Part shown: positions 25,701 to 35,759 of the stretch, piece after piece
Layout of the letters: each line of letters begins with the position of its first letter
Position numbering within the stretch: the stretch's first letter is position 1
Source: Actinomycetota bacterium
GTDB taxonomy: Bacteria > Actinomycetota > UBA4738
Reading direction: 5' to 3'
DNA: 41,697 nucleotides
NCBI GenBank assembly: GCA_005888465.1
Contig: VAYJ01000060.1
Coordinates: forward strand, 1-41,697
The notes under the pieces: model-generated
The model's database searches: none
What the model was told of the DNA's origin: nothing
What the model saw: the letters and a program-made list of their open reading frames with translations, nothing else
Translations under genes and position numbers: made by a program

Positions 25701-27803
25701 CCGGCGTGCGCCCGTGGCCGGGTCGGCCCTATCCCCAGGGGGCGACGTGGGACGGCGCTGGCGTGAACTTCGCGATCTTCTCCGAGCACGCGACGGGCGT
25801 GGACCTCTGTCTCTTCCACGGGCCGAGCGACGCCGTCGCCGCGGAAACGATCCCGCTCCGCGAGCGCACCGATCTCATCTGGCACGCGTACCTGCCCGAC
25901 GCCCGGCCCGGGCAGCTCTACGGCTTCCGCGTCCACGGCCCCTACGAGCCGGAGCAGGGTCACCGGTTCAACCCCGGGAAGCTCCTCCTCGACCCGTACG
26001 CGAAGGCGATCAGCGGCACCATCGAGCCAACGGACGAGACCTTCGGCTACCCGATCGGCGGCCCGGAGGAAGACCTCGTGCCCGACCCACGAGACAGCGC
26101 TGGCGCGATGCCGAAGTCGGTCGTCGTCGACGACGCGTTCACGTGGGGCGACGACCGTCCGCCGCGCGTGCCCTGGAACCAGACCCTCATCTACGAATGC
26201 CATGTGCGCGGGATGACGATGCTTCGGCCCGGCGTCCCCGACCGTATCCGCGGCACGTTCCTGGGCATCGTCCACGACCCGATCCTCGAGCACTTGCGCT
26301 CGCTCGGCGTCACGGCCGTGGAGCTCCTGCCGATCCACCAGTTCGTCTCCGAACGCGCCCTGGCCGATCGAGGCCTGACGAACTACTGGGGCTACAACTC
26401 CGTTGCCTTCTTCGCCCCCCACGCCCGCTACGCGACCGGAGCGCTCGGCCAGCAGGTCGACGAGTTCAAGTCGATGGTGAAGGGCCTGCACGCGGCCGGC
26501 ATCGAGGTGATCCTGGACGTCGTCTACAACCACACGGGCGAGGGCAACCACCTCGGCCCCACGCTCTGCCTTCGTGGGATCGACAACGACGCCTTCTATC
26601 GCCTGCAGCCCGACGCGCGGCGCTTCTACATGGACTTCACGGGGACCGGCAACAGCCTCAACATGCTTCATCCCCGCACCATCCAGCTGATCATGGACAG
26701 CCTCCGCTACTGGATCCGGGAGATGCACGTCGACGGGTTCCGGTTCGACCTCGCGCCCGTGCTCGCCCTGTACGAGGTGAACCGCCTGGGAACCTTCTTC
26801 GACATCATCCAACAGGATCCCGTGCTGTCCCAGGTGAAGCTCATCGCCGAGCCATGGGACCTCGGCGAGGGCGGGTACCAGGTCGGGAACTTCCCCGTCG
26901 GCTGGGCCGAGTGGAACGGCAAATACCGCGACTGTGTCCGCCGCTTCTGGCGCGGCGACCCCGGCCAGGTCCCCGAGCTCGCATCGCGGCTCGCAGGATC
27001 GAGCGACCTGTACCAGGCATCGGGACGACAGACGTATGCGGCCGTCAACTTCGTCACGGCGCACGACGGCTTCACGCTGCACGATCTGGTGAGCTACGAA
27101 CGCAAGCACAACGAGGCGAACGGCGACGACAATCGCGACGGGACCGACGCGAACGACAGCCGCAACTGGGGAGCGGAAGGCCCGACCGACGCGCCCCGCA
27201 TCCGCCAGACCAGAGAGCGGATGAAGCGGAACTTCCTGGCCACGCTCCTGCTCTCACAGGGCGTCCCGATGATCTCCGCGGGCGACGAGATGGGCCGCAC
27301 GCAGCGGGGCAACAACAACGCGTACTGCCATGTCGAAGGAAGACCGGGCCCTCCTCGAGTTCACCCGGGCCGCTATGGAGATCGTCCGGTGGAACCCGAT
27401 CCTCCGGCGGCGTGCTTTCTTCGCCGGCCGCCCCGCAAACACCGGCGGTGCCAAGGACCTGACGTGGATCCGCTGGGACGGCCACGAGATCGAGCAGGAC
27501 GATTGGCAGAACCCCGACCTCCGTGCGCTCGGCATGCTGATCGACGGCCTCGCAACCGACGAGGTGGACGAGCGCGGCAATCCCATCGAGGGCGACACGC
27601 TGCTGCTCATTCTCAACGGCGGCCACCGCTCGATGCGCTTCGCGCTCCCAAGCATGGGCCGACAAGGCACGTGGACCGAGATCCTCAACACGGCGCGTCC
27701 GGGCCCACCGCGCGCATCCCGCGCGCCGTCGGTGCGGCTGATGTCGAACTCGCTGATCTTGCTCCGCCACGGCGAGGAGCCGAACGAGCCGCTCGGCAGC
27801 TAG
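25697..27803 (+). pseudogene. glgX: glycogen debranching enzyme GlgX, split over two frames
   Basis: Frame 1 (from ATG 25697, ATGA overlap with glgB) reads through GH13 motifs to ...GNNNAYC and then becomes Arg/Pro-rich. Frame 2 (27330-27803) continues with [32 protein letters not shown] and the C-terminal domain. Confidence 0.85.
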
Positions 27804-28609
27804 CGCGTCGGGTTCAGGCTTCCCTGGCGATACCCGGCGGGATCGACCGACACCTCGTCCCAGCCGAGGGACCGTAGTTTGGCCAGAAGCTGCTCGAGCG
27901 CCTCATATTCGCGCAAGCGATCCAGATCCTCGACTGGAACCTCGATCGTGGCAGAGGGGCCGCGATGACGCACGCGGACCGAGTCGAACCCGAGCTGTCG
28001 GATGGCCTGCTCCGCGCGGTCGACGCGCGACAGCAGCGACGGCATGATGCGCAGGCCGAAGGCAACGCGGGAGGAGAGGCAGGCGAGCGCCGGCTTGTCT
28101 GCGACGGAGAGTCCGAGGGCGCTCGCGATCGCGCGAACATCGACCTTGCCGACGTTCTCCTCGAGGAGCGGGTTGCGCACCCCGTGCTGCGTCGCCGCGC
28201 GCAGGCCCGGGCGCACGTCGGCGAGGTCGTCGGCGTTCGCGCCGGCGAGCACCGCGACGCCGGGGCCGGCAGTGGCGGCGAGACGACTGAGCGTCGCGTA
28301 TAGCTCGGTCTTGCAGTGGAAGCAGCGCAGCTCGTCGTTGCGCGCGTACGCCTCGCGCTCCACCTCGTGGGTCTCGATCACGCGGTGGGTGACTCCGATC
28401 TCGGCCGCGAGCGAACGCGCGGTTTCGAGCTCGCCGGCCGGGTAGCTCGGTGAAACGGCCGTGACGGCGGTGACGTTGGCGTGGCCCCGAGCTCGGGCAC
28501 TGACGGCCGTGACCACGGCGGAATCGACGCCGCCGGAAAGGGCCACCAGCACGGCCGTCGAACCGTAGGAGCTGACGCGGGCCTCGAGTCGCTCGAGCAG
28601 TTCGTTCAT
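27800..28609 (-). CDS. larE: LarE, ATP-dependent sulfur transferase of NPN biosynthesis (PP-loop ATP pyrophosphatase)
   Basis: Has an SGGVDS PP-loop, [10 protein letters not shown] (equivalent to the LarE sulfur-donor Cys) and an additional CFHC pair. ATGA overlap with larC. Confidence 0.9.
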   Translation of the reverse strand: MNELLERLEARVSSYGSTAVLVALSGGVDSAVVTAVSARARGHANVTAVTAVSPSYPAGELETARSLAAEIGVTHRVIETHEVEREAYARNDELRCFHCKTELYATLSRLAATAGPGVAVLAGANADDLADVRPGLRAATQHGVRNPLLEENVGKVDVRAIASALGLSVADKPALACLSSRVAFGLRIMPSLLSRVDRAEQAIRQLGFDSVRVRHRGPSATIEVPVEDLDRLREYEALEQLLAKLRSLGWDEVSVDPAGYRQGSLNPTR

Positions 28610-29779
28610 CGGTCGGCCGGCTCGAACCGGAGGGCGCGGGCGGCGGCCGCCGCTTCCTCGTAGACGTCGCGAACAGACCGGCCCGAGCGCTCCGCGAGCC
28701 CGGCGACGTCGTCGTGCTCGGGCGTCGCGCTCATGACGCGGTCGCCGAGGAGCCCGACCTTCACGCGAACCGCGCCGTCGGCGAGCGTCACGGTTGCCAC
28801 CCGACGGGCCAGCTCCGCGCGCCGAACAGGCCGGATCCGAACGCCGAACGTCGTCGTGGCCTCAAAGAAGACGGTGAGCACACGGGATTCCGCGGCCGGC
28901 TCGCAGAGGGCAGACAGCAGGACTCCGAGGCGGCCCTTCTTCATCACGATCGGCATGGTCCAGGCGTCGAGCGCGCCGGCGCCGAACACCGCCTGCACGG
29001 CATCTGCGACGAGCTCCGGCGTCAGGTCGTCGATGTTGGCCTCGAGCAGAACGAGGTCGCGCTCGAGCAAGCCGGTCGCGGCGCGCGCGGCCGGCTTCGA
29101 TCCGATGAGCACGCGAACGACGTTCGGGACGCCTGCGGGGTCGCGGCTGCCCGGCGCCGTAGCCGATGGATTCGAGCTCGAAGTCGGGAAGCTCGGCCGG
29201 CTCGCCGAGCGCCGACAGGATGGCGGCGGCTGTCGGCGTCACGGTCTCGCCGGAGACCTCGGCCGAACGGACGCGGAAGCCCCGGAGCAGCTCGAGCATC
29301 GCGGGGCCGGGCTCGCCGAGCGGGATGCTCGAAACCGCCATGCGCCCGATGCTCAGCAGGTCCAGGGCAGCGGCGACCCCGACGACGTCGAGGATCGTGT
29401 CCGGGTCGCCGAGCTCGTGGAGATGGACCTCCTCGATCGGCACGCCATGGACTCGGGCCTCGGCCTCTCCCAGACGCTCGAGCACGGCTCGCGCGCGGGC
29501 TCGGATGGGTTCGGGGAGCCCGGCTCCGTCGAGCATGTCGAGCATTCGGGGAAGGCGTGGCGTCCGCCACGGTTCGGAGCTCGCTTCAATGTGCAGCGCC
29601 CGCGAGCGGATGCCGGCGCGCGTGACCTCGACGGTCCGGACGCGGAACCGAGTTGGGATCACGCGCTCGACGAGCTCGAAGATCTGTTGCTCGGGCGCGC
29701 CGGCGTCGATGAGGGCCGCGAGCAGCATGTCTCCGGCGGCGCCGCCGAGGACGTCGACGTAGAGGGTTCGTTCGCTCAT
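28606..29779 (-). CDS. larC: LarC, nickel-inserting cyclometallase (DUF111 family), encoded in two overlapping frames
   Basis: The N-terminal frame reads MSERTLYVDVLGGAAGDMLLAALIDAG...SIGYGAG. The other frame reads GSRDPAGVPNVVRVLIGS...LLEANIDDLTPE...ATPEHDD. The frame changes at about 29146-29152. TGATG overlap with larB. Confidence 0.85.
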
Positions 29780-30600
29780 CACGGGACCCGCCGCGCGATG
29801 AGCGCGGCCGCGTACCCCGCGCCCACCCCGTCGTCGATGTCGACGCACACCGTGCCCGGCGTGCAGGACGAGAGCATCGCGAGGAGCGCCGCAAGGCCGC
29901 CGAAGCTCGCGCCGTACCCCACGCTGGTGGGACAGGCGATCACGGGGCATGTCGCCATCCCGCCGACGACGCTCGCGAGCGCACCTTCCATCCCCGCGAT
30001 CACGACGATCGCATCGGCGCTGGCAAGCCGCTCCCGCGCCGCGGCCAGGCGGTGCAGGCCCGCGACGCCGACGTCGGCCACGATCTCAGCGCCGGCGCCG
30101 AGCAACGTCGCGGTGAGCTCGGCCTCTTCGGCCACGGGCAGGTCCGCGGTTCCCGCGGTGAGGACGAGCACTTCGCCGACGGGCGCCGGGATGTTTCGCG
30201 CGAGCGCGATCGCACCGGCGGCAGGCCGTTCGACGACGGGGATGCCGTGCGCCGCGCCGAGCCTGCGGACCGCGGATGACTGCTCGGGCGCCGCCCGGCT
30301 CACAAGCACCGGCCCGTCGTTCCCCGAGAGCAACCGCTCGACGATCGCCACCACCTGCTCGGTGGTCTTGCCCTGCGCGAACACGATCTCGCACGCGCCC
30401 TGGCGAAGCTCGCGGTGGTGGTCCACCTTCGCGAAGCCGAGGTCGGTGAACGGCAGGTCGCGGAGCGCCCGACGGGCCTCCTCCGGGCTCGTCGCGCCGG
30501 ATGCGACCGATTCCAACAGCTCGCCCAGCCGTCGCTCGTAGGGCGTCTCGGACGGCCCAGGTTCCTGCTCGGGATGGAGCCGAGCCACCTCTCCGGACAT
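29779..30600 (-). CDS. larB: LarB, NaAD carboxylase/hydrolase of NPN biosynthesis (PurE-like)
   Basis: The sequence DLGFAKVDHHRELRQG...VLVLTAGTADLPVAEEA...VIAGMEGALASVVGG...VIACPTSVGYG is typical of LarB / AIR-carboxylase-fold proteins. Confidence 0.9.
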   Translation of the reverse strand: MSGEVARLHPEQEPGPSETPYERRLGELLESVASGATSPEEARRALRDLPFTDLGFAKVDHHRELRQGACEIVFAQGKTTEQVVAIVERLLSGNDGPVLVSRAAPEQSSAVRRLGAAHGIPVVERPAAGAIALARNIPAPVGEVLVLTAGTADLPVAEEAELTATLLGAGAEIVADVGVAGLHRLAAARERLASADAIVVIAGMEGALASVVGGMATCPVIACPTSVGYGASFGGLAALLAMLSSCTPGTVCVDIDDGVGAGYAAALIARRVP

Positions 30601-30610
30601 GGGGCCAACC

Positions 30611-31015
30611 TTATCGGTCCCGCCCGGCCCGCGACCAGACGAACCGGCTCAGATTGATGGTCGTGCTCTGGGTCTGCCCGACCGCGTTCACCACGTCGAT
30701 GCTCGTGTTCGGCACGGTGAACGAGTGCGTGGCCGAGCCGACGTTGGCGATCGTGAGGGAGGAACCCTTGGCCACCGTGATGGTCGTGGGTGCGAAGACG
30801 AACGCGTTGCCCGCACCCTGCTGCAGTGTGTCGGCCGCGAGCGAGGGAGCCGGTGACGGGGAGCCGCTGCCGTACCGGCCGTAGCCGCCGCTCGAGCTGT
30901 ACGAGGGCGAAGGCGTCGGCGAGCCAGCCTGGGCCCCCGTCGTGCTCTTCGCGCACGCAGCGCCGAGGAGCGCTGCAGCCATCACGATCGCGGGAATGCT
31001 CTTTCTCATGATCAT
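30611..31015 (-). CDS. secreted or lipoprotein cupredoxin-like protein, apparently lacking the C-terminal ligand loop
   Basis: Has a signal peptide with LLGAAC and a Ser/Pro/Gly linker. Then comes FVFAPTTITVAKGSSLTIANVGSATHSFTV, the cupredoxin strand pattern with the first His. It ends 10 nt before larB without a Cys-x-His-x-Met segment. Confidence 0.55.
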   Translation of the reverse strand: MIMRKSIPAIVMAAALLGAACAKSTTGAQAGSPTPSPSYSSSGGYGRYGSGSPSPAPSLAADTLQQGAGNAFVFAPTTITVAKGSSLTIANVGSATHSFTVPNTSIDVVNAVGQTQSTTINLSRFVWSRAGRDR

Positions 31016-31094
31016 CGACCTCCGTGAGAGGAGTACGCACGAAGGCCGCGCGCAGCCTGATCGAACTGTTGCGATCCCGTGGCGAGCCGGACGG

Positions 31095-31637
31095 TCACGA
31101 CGCCGGCCGATGCAGCTTCAGCTCCACCACCTCGTAGGCGAACGTGCCGCCGGGCGCCTCGTAGGTGACCCGCTCCCCGACGCGCCTGCCGATGAGCACG
31201 GAGCCGAGGGGCGAGGTCGCCGTCACCGTGCGGACCCCCGCGGCGCGCTCCTCGCCGGAGAGCGCCACGAGGTAGGTCTCGTCGTCGGGATCCTCCTCGT
31301 CGAGCGGGCGAAGGGTAACCAGCATCCCGGCCGCGACCTCGTCGCCGTCCACGACCTCGATGATCTCGGGGTCCTTCAGCTTGTGCTCGAGGTTCCGGAT
31401 CCGGGCCTCCATCAGCCCCTGCTCGTTCTTCGCCGAGTCGTACTCGGCGTTCTCGCGAATGTCGCCGTGCTCGCGGGCGCGAAGCAGACGCTCGGCAATG
31501 TGGTCGCGGCCCTGGGTGCGGAGCTGCTCCAGCTCCTTGCGCATCCGGACGTACGCTTCGAGCGTCAGCCGTGCCGACGGCTCTTGTCCCGGCGCGCGCG
31601 GCGGTCGGTCGGGGGGAAGGAAGTCCTCGTCGCCCAT
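31095..31637 (-). CDS. greA: transcription elongation factor GreA
   Basis: Has GDIRENAEYDSAKNEQG and a C-terminal SPLGSVLIGRRVGERV motif. The N-terminal extension is about 20 aa, so the start is uncertain. Confidence 0.9.
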   Translation of the reverse strand: MGDEDFLPPDRPPRAPGQEPSARLTLEAYVRMRKELEQLRTQGRDHIAERLLRAREHGDIRENAEYDSAKNEQGLMEARIRNLEHKLKDPEIIEVVDGDEVAAGMLVTLRPLDEEDPDDETYLVALSGEERAAGVRTVTATSPLGSVLIGRRVGERVTYEAPGGTFAYEVVELKLHRPAS

Positions 31638-31700
31638 CCCCCGAATCTACCAACCCGCGCCGGGCGACCCGTTGACATCGTGCCCGATACTGAGCGGACC

Positions 31701-32585
31701 ATGAACCCTGAAACGATCATCGAGCGGCTCTGGCCGGGCCGGCACGCCCGGTTTGAGCCCCTCGGCGGGGGCATCACGAACCACAACTACAAGATCGAGG
31801 TCGACGGGGACACGGTCGTCCTTCGCGTCGGAGGCAAGGACACCGAGCTCCTCGGCATCGATCGCCGTGCCGAGGAGGCGGCGGCCCGCATGGCGGCCTC
31901 GGTCGGGGTGGGCCCGGAGGTGGTGACCGTCGTCCAACCAGAGGGATACCTCGTGACGCGGTTCATCGAAGGGCGGCCTGTTCCCCTGGAAGCCATGCAG
32001 CGGCCCGAGACCCTGACGGCGGTCGCCGATTCGGTCCGGGCGATCCACAACGGCTCGCCGCTCCCCAGCCGCTTCAACGCCCACCGCGTGGTCGAGGCCT
32101 ACGCGGCCACCGCGGCGGCCCGCGGCGTGTCCCCACCGAGGGAGTTCGCGTGGGCGAAGGACCTCGCCGATCGCATCGAGGCCGCGCGCGGCCCGCTGCC
32201 GCTCGTGCCCTGCCACGACGATCTCCTGAACGCGAACTTCATCGACGACGGGACCCGCATCCGGATCGTCGACTGGGAGTATGCGGGGATGGGCGACCGC
32301 TTCTTCGACCTCGGGAACTTCTCGGTGAAGCACGACCTCGACGTCGAGCACGACGAGGCCCTGCTCCGCGCTTACGCCGGCGACGTGCGGGCCGCCGACC
32401 TCGCTTCGGTACGACTGATGCGCTTCATGGGCGCGTTCTTCGAGTCGATGTGGGGCGTGGTCCAGCAAGCGATCTCGGAGCTCGACTTCGACTTCGTCGC
32501 CTACGCGCGGGAGAACTTCGAGCGGCTTCGCGCCATCGGCTCGGACGCGCGTTTCTGGGGATGGCTCGAGCAGGCCTCCGCTTAG
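31701..32585 (+). CDS. choline/ethanolamine-kinase-like phosphotransferase (APH fold)
   Basis: Has LGGGITNHNY, PCHDDLLNANFI (Brenner-type HxDxxxxN) and IVDWEYAGMGDRFFDLGN motifs. ATG at 31701. It is the only coding-like part of a 547-aa track ORF. Confidence 0.8.
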   Translation: MNPETIIERLWPGRHARFEPLGGGITNHNYKIEVDGDTVVLRVGGKDTELLGIDRRAEEAAARMAASVGVGPEVVTVVQPEGYLVTRFIEGRPVPLEAMQRPETLTAVADSVRAIHNGSPLPSRFNAHRVVEAYAATAAARGVSPPREFAWAKDLADRIEAARGPLPLVPCHDDLLNANFIDDGTRIRIVDWEYAGMGDRFFDLGNFSVKHDLDVEHDEALLRAYAGDVRAADLASVRLMRFMGAFFESMWGVVQQAISELDFDFVAYARENFERLRAIGSDARFWGWLEQASA

Positions 32586-32586
32586 C

Positions 32587-34937
32587 TCACGCCCGGATGC
32601 GCTCGCCGCGGGGGTCGAACAGCGGCTCCCTCGCCACCCGGCCCACTCGGCGGCCGGCAGGAACGCGTAGGCGATCGAGCGACCCACGGTGTAGCCGTAG
32701 CCACCGCTCGTGACCCGGCCCACGACCCGGCCGTCGACGCGGACCGGCTCCTCGCCGAGCGCGACCGATCTCGCATCGTCCAGCACCAGGCACGCGAGGC
32801 GCTTGGTCTCCGGTTCCTCACGAGCCGCCATGAGGGCCTCGCGTCCGATGAACTCGACCCCCTTGTCGAGCTTCACGGCGAACCCCAGGCCGGCTTGATA
32901 GGGCGTCAGGTCCGGGGTGATGTCCGCGCCCCAGACGCGATACCCCTTCTCCAGTCGCATCGAGTCGATCGCGCGGTAGCCTCCCGCGACCATGGCGTGG
33001 GGCCGGCCGGCCTCCCAGAGCGTCTCCCACAGCTTCGCGCCGAACTCCATCGGGCAGTACAGCTCCCACCCGAGCTCCCCCACATACGTCACGCGAAGCG
33101 CGAGACACGGGACGAACCCGACCGTCAGCGGTCGCGCGCACATGTAGGGGAACGCCTCGTTCGCGAGGTCACTCGCCGTGAGCGGCTGCAGGATGTCCCG
33201 GGCCCGCGTGCCCCAGAGCCCGAGGCACGCCAGCGCCGACGTGACATCCGACACCTCCACCGATCCATCGTCGGGGACGTGCGCCCGGATCCACGCGAGG
33301 TCGTGCTGCCCGAACGCCGTCCCGGTCACGATCCGGAACCGCTCCTCGGCGAGCCGCGTGACGGTGAAGTCGCCTTCGATCCCGCCTCGCGGGTTCAGCA
33401 TCGAGGTGTAGACGACCGAGCCCACAGGGCGGGCGACGTCGTTGGCGCAGAGCCGCTGGAGGAACGCTTCCGCGCCTTGCCCGCCGACCTCGATCTTCGA
33501 GAACGACGTCTCGTCGAAGAGCGCCGCCCGCTCCCGGCACGCGCGATGCTCCGCGCCGATCGCGGGCGACCAGATCTCGCCGGCCCACCCGCGCGGGCGA
33601 AGGCCCTCGTCGCCGTCGGCCGCGTTGGACTCGAACCAATTCGCTCGTTCCCACCCCGACTTCTCGCCCCAGGACGCGCCGAGCGGCTCGAGCTGCGCGT
33701 AGGTGGGCGAGAGCCGCAGGGGCCTGCCGGCCTGTCGCTCCTGGCCCGGATAGCGGATGTCGTAGTAGGTGGCGTAGACCTCCACCGTCTTCGCGAGCGT
33801 GTATTCGCGGCTCCGGTAGTGGCGGCCGAAGCGGCGCGAGTCCATGTGCCACACGTCGAACGCGGGCTGTCCCTCGACGATCCATTCGGCCATGAGCTGG
33901 CCCATTCCCCCGGCGCCCGCGAGCCCGTGGGCGCAGAACCCGGCGGCCACCCAGAACCCCGGGACCTCCGATTCGCCGAGGATGAACTCGCCGTCCGGGG
34001 TGAACGCCTCGGGCCCGTTGATGAGGCGGATCACCTCCGCGTGCTCCAGGTCGGGGACGCGGACGATCGCGTTTCGGAGCAGCGGCTCGAAGCGCTCCCA
34101 GTCCTCGGGCAGGAGCTTGCTGTTGAAGTCCGCCGGGATCCCGTCCAGGCCCCAGGGCGCTGGGTCGCGCTCGTACCCGCCAGCCACCAGGCCGCCTGAC
34201 TCCCCGCGGAAGTAGACCAGGAGCGAGGGGTCGCGCATCGTCGGCAGGTCGAGCGGCAGGCCGCTGGGCTTCGTGATGAGGTACTCGTGCGCCATCGGGA
34301 CGAGTGGGACGTTGACGCCGAGCATCGCCCCGATCTCGCGCGCGAACATCCCGCCGGCGTTCACCACGAGCTCGGTGTCGATGGCACCGCGGTCGGTGAC
34401 GACCCGGCTCACACGTCCGCGCGCCGCCTCGATCCCGACGACTCGCGTGTTCGCCTCGATCGCCGCGCCCCCACGCCGCGCGCCCTGCGCGAGCGCGAGC
34501 GTGAGCTGGCTCGGGTCGATGAACCCGTCCGTTGGGAGGTACGCCGCGCCGAGCACGCTGTCGATCGACATCGGCGGGAACCGCTCCCGGGCCTCCTCGG
34601 CGGAGACGAGCTCCAGGGGCAGCCCGAAGGTCTTCGCCCACCCGGCCTGTCTCGCCAACTCCTGCATGCGCTCGGGCGAGGAGGCGAGCCGGAGCGACCC
34701 GACCTCGCGCCACCCCGTCGGGAGTCCCACCTCCGCCTCGAGCGATCGGTAGAGGTCGACGGAGCGCATCATCATGCGCGTCAGGCTTTCGGTGCTCCGA
34801 AGCTGACCCGAGCCGCTCGTGAGGTCCGCGCGCTCGACCATCACGACGTCCTGCCAGCCGAGGCGGGTGAGCCAGTACAGGATCGAAGCGCCGCCGACGC
34901 CGCCGCCGATGACGACGGCGCGGGCCCGGTCCCTCAC
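32587..34937 (-). pseudogene. dimethylglycine/sarcosine oxidase-dehydrogenase-like protein (FAD domain + GcvT folate domain) with an internal deletion and a C-terminal frame change
   Basis: Has VVIGGGVGG, and the GcvT-type YVGELGWELY and RLEKGY motifs. The GTG start at 34935-34937 overlaps the GntR stop (GTGA). The family-typical C-terminus VAREPLFDPRGERIRA* is in a different frame (32587-32637). Confidence 0.8.
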
Positions 34938-35716
34938 CGCCCCGCCGACTCCACCGGCGTGGGGATCGGGCTCTCGAGGACGATGCGCGTGCGGTCTCCC
35001 CGGAACAGGTCCCTCGCGTACTCGAGCGGCGTCCCGTGGGCGTTGTACGCCGTGCGCTCGACCAGCAGCAGGGGGGCGCCCGGCTTGATACCGAGCGCCT
35101 CGGCCTCGGCGTGATCGGCGATGACGGGTTCGATCCGCTCGACCGCCCGCCAGGGGACCTGGCCGAACCGGGTCTCGATCAGCTCGTAGAGGGAACCGTC
35201 GAGCGGCATGCCGAGCAGTCCCGGGAAGAGCTCCACCGAGAAGAGCGAGCGCTCGAGCGCGAGCGGCGCCCCGTCGGACAGGCGAAGCCGCACCACCTCG
35301 AAGACGCGATGGCCCGGCTGCAGGCCGAGCGCCGCCGCGGTCCGCTGCCCGCACGGGCCCTCTCGGGCCGAGAGGACCTTCGCCCCCGCCTCATGCCCCT
35401 GGCGCCGGAGCTCCTGCGTCAGCCCGGCTAGCCGGGTCATGTCCCGCTCGATCTTCGCCGCTGCGACGAACGTGCCCCCGCGGCGGCCGCGAGCGCGCAC
35501 GACCATGCCGCGGCGCTCGAGCGAGTCCAGGGCTTGCCGCAGGGTCATACGACTCACGCCGATGCCTTCCGCCAGCTCGCGCTCCGGCGGTAGGCGGTCG
35601 CCCGCCCGGAGCTCCCCGGCGGCGATCGCCTCCGCCAAGCGGTCCTCGATCTGGGCGTGGGCGGGGACCCCGTCCCGCTCGAGACGGCGAAAGATCCGAC
35701 GCAGCGCCGCGTTCAA
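34934..35716 (-). CDS. GntR/HutC-family transcriptional regulator (wHTH + UTRA)
   Basis: Has LPPERELAEGIGVSRMTLRQALDSLERRGMV and a C-terminal UTRA-like domain. 260 aa. Confidence 0.9.
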   Translation of the reverse strand: MNAALRRIFRRLERDGVPAHAQIEDRLAEAIAAGELRAGDRLPPERELAEGIGVSRMTLRQALDSLERRGMVVRARGRRGGTFVAAAKIERDMTRLAGLTQELRRQGHEAGAKVLSAREGPCGQRTAAALGLQPGHRVFEVVRLRLSDGAPLALERSLFSVELFPGLLGMPLDGSLYELIETRFGQVPWRAVERIEPVIADHAEAEALGIKPGAPLLLVERTAYNAHGTPLEYARDLFRGDRTRIVLESPIPTPVESAGR

Positions 35717-35759
35717 CCGAGAAGCACCCCTTCGAACGGCCGAGCCTTCCCGGACCGAT

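Noticed and set aside
31647-35354. 1235-aa 'giant' ORF on the minus strand
   Set aside because: It is not one protein. Its upstream 139 codons overlap the GntR gene off-frame. Its last about 330 codons are read-through after a frame change and are antisense to the kinase gene. Only about 32640-34937 is the oxidase-like gene.
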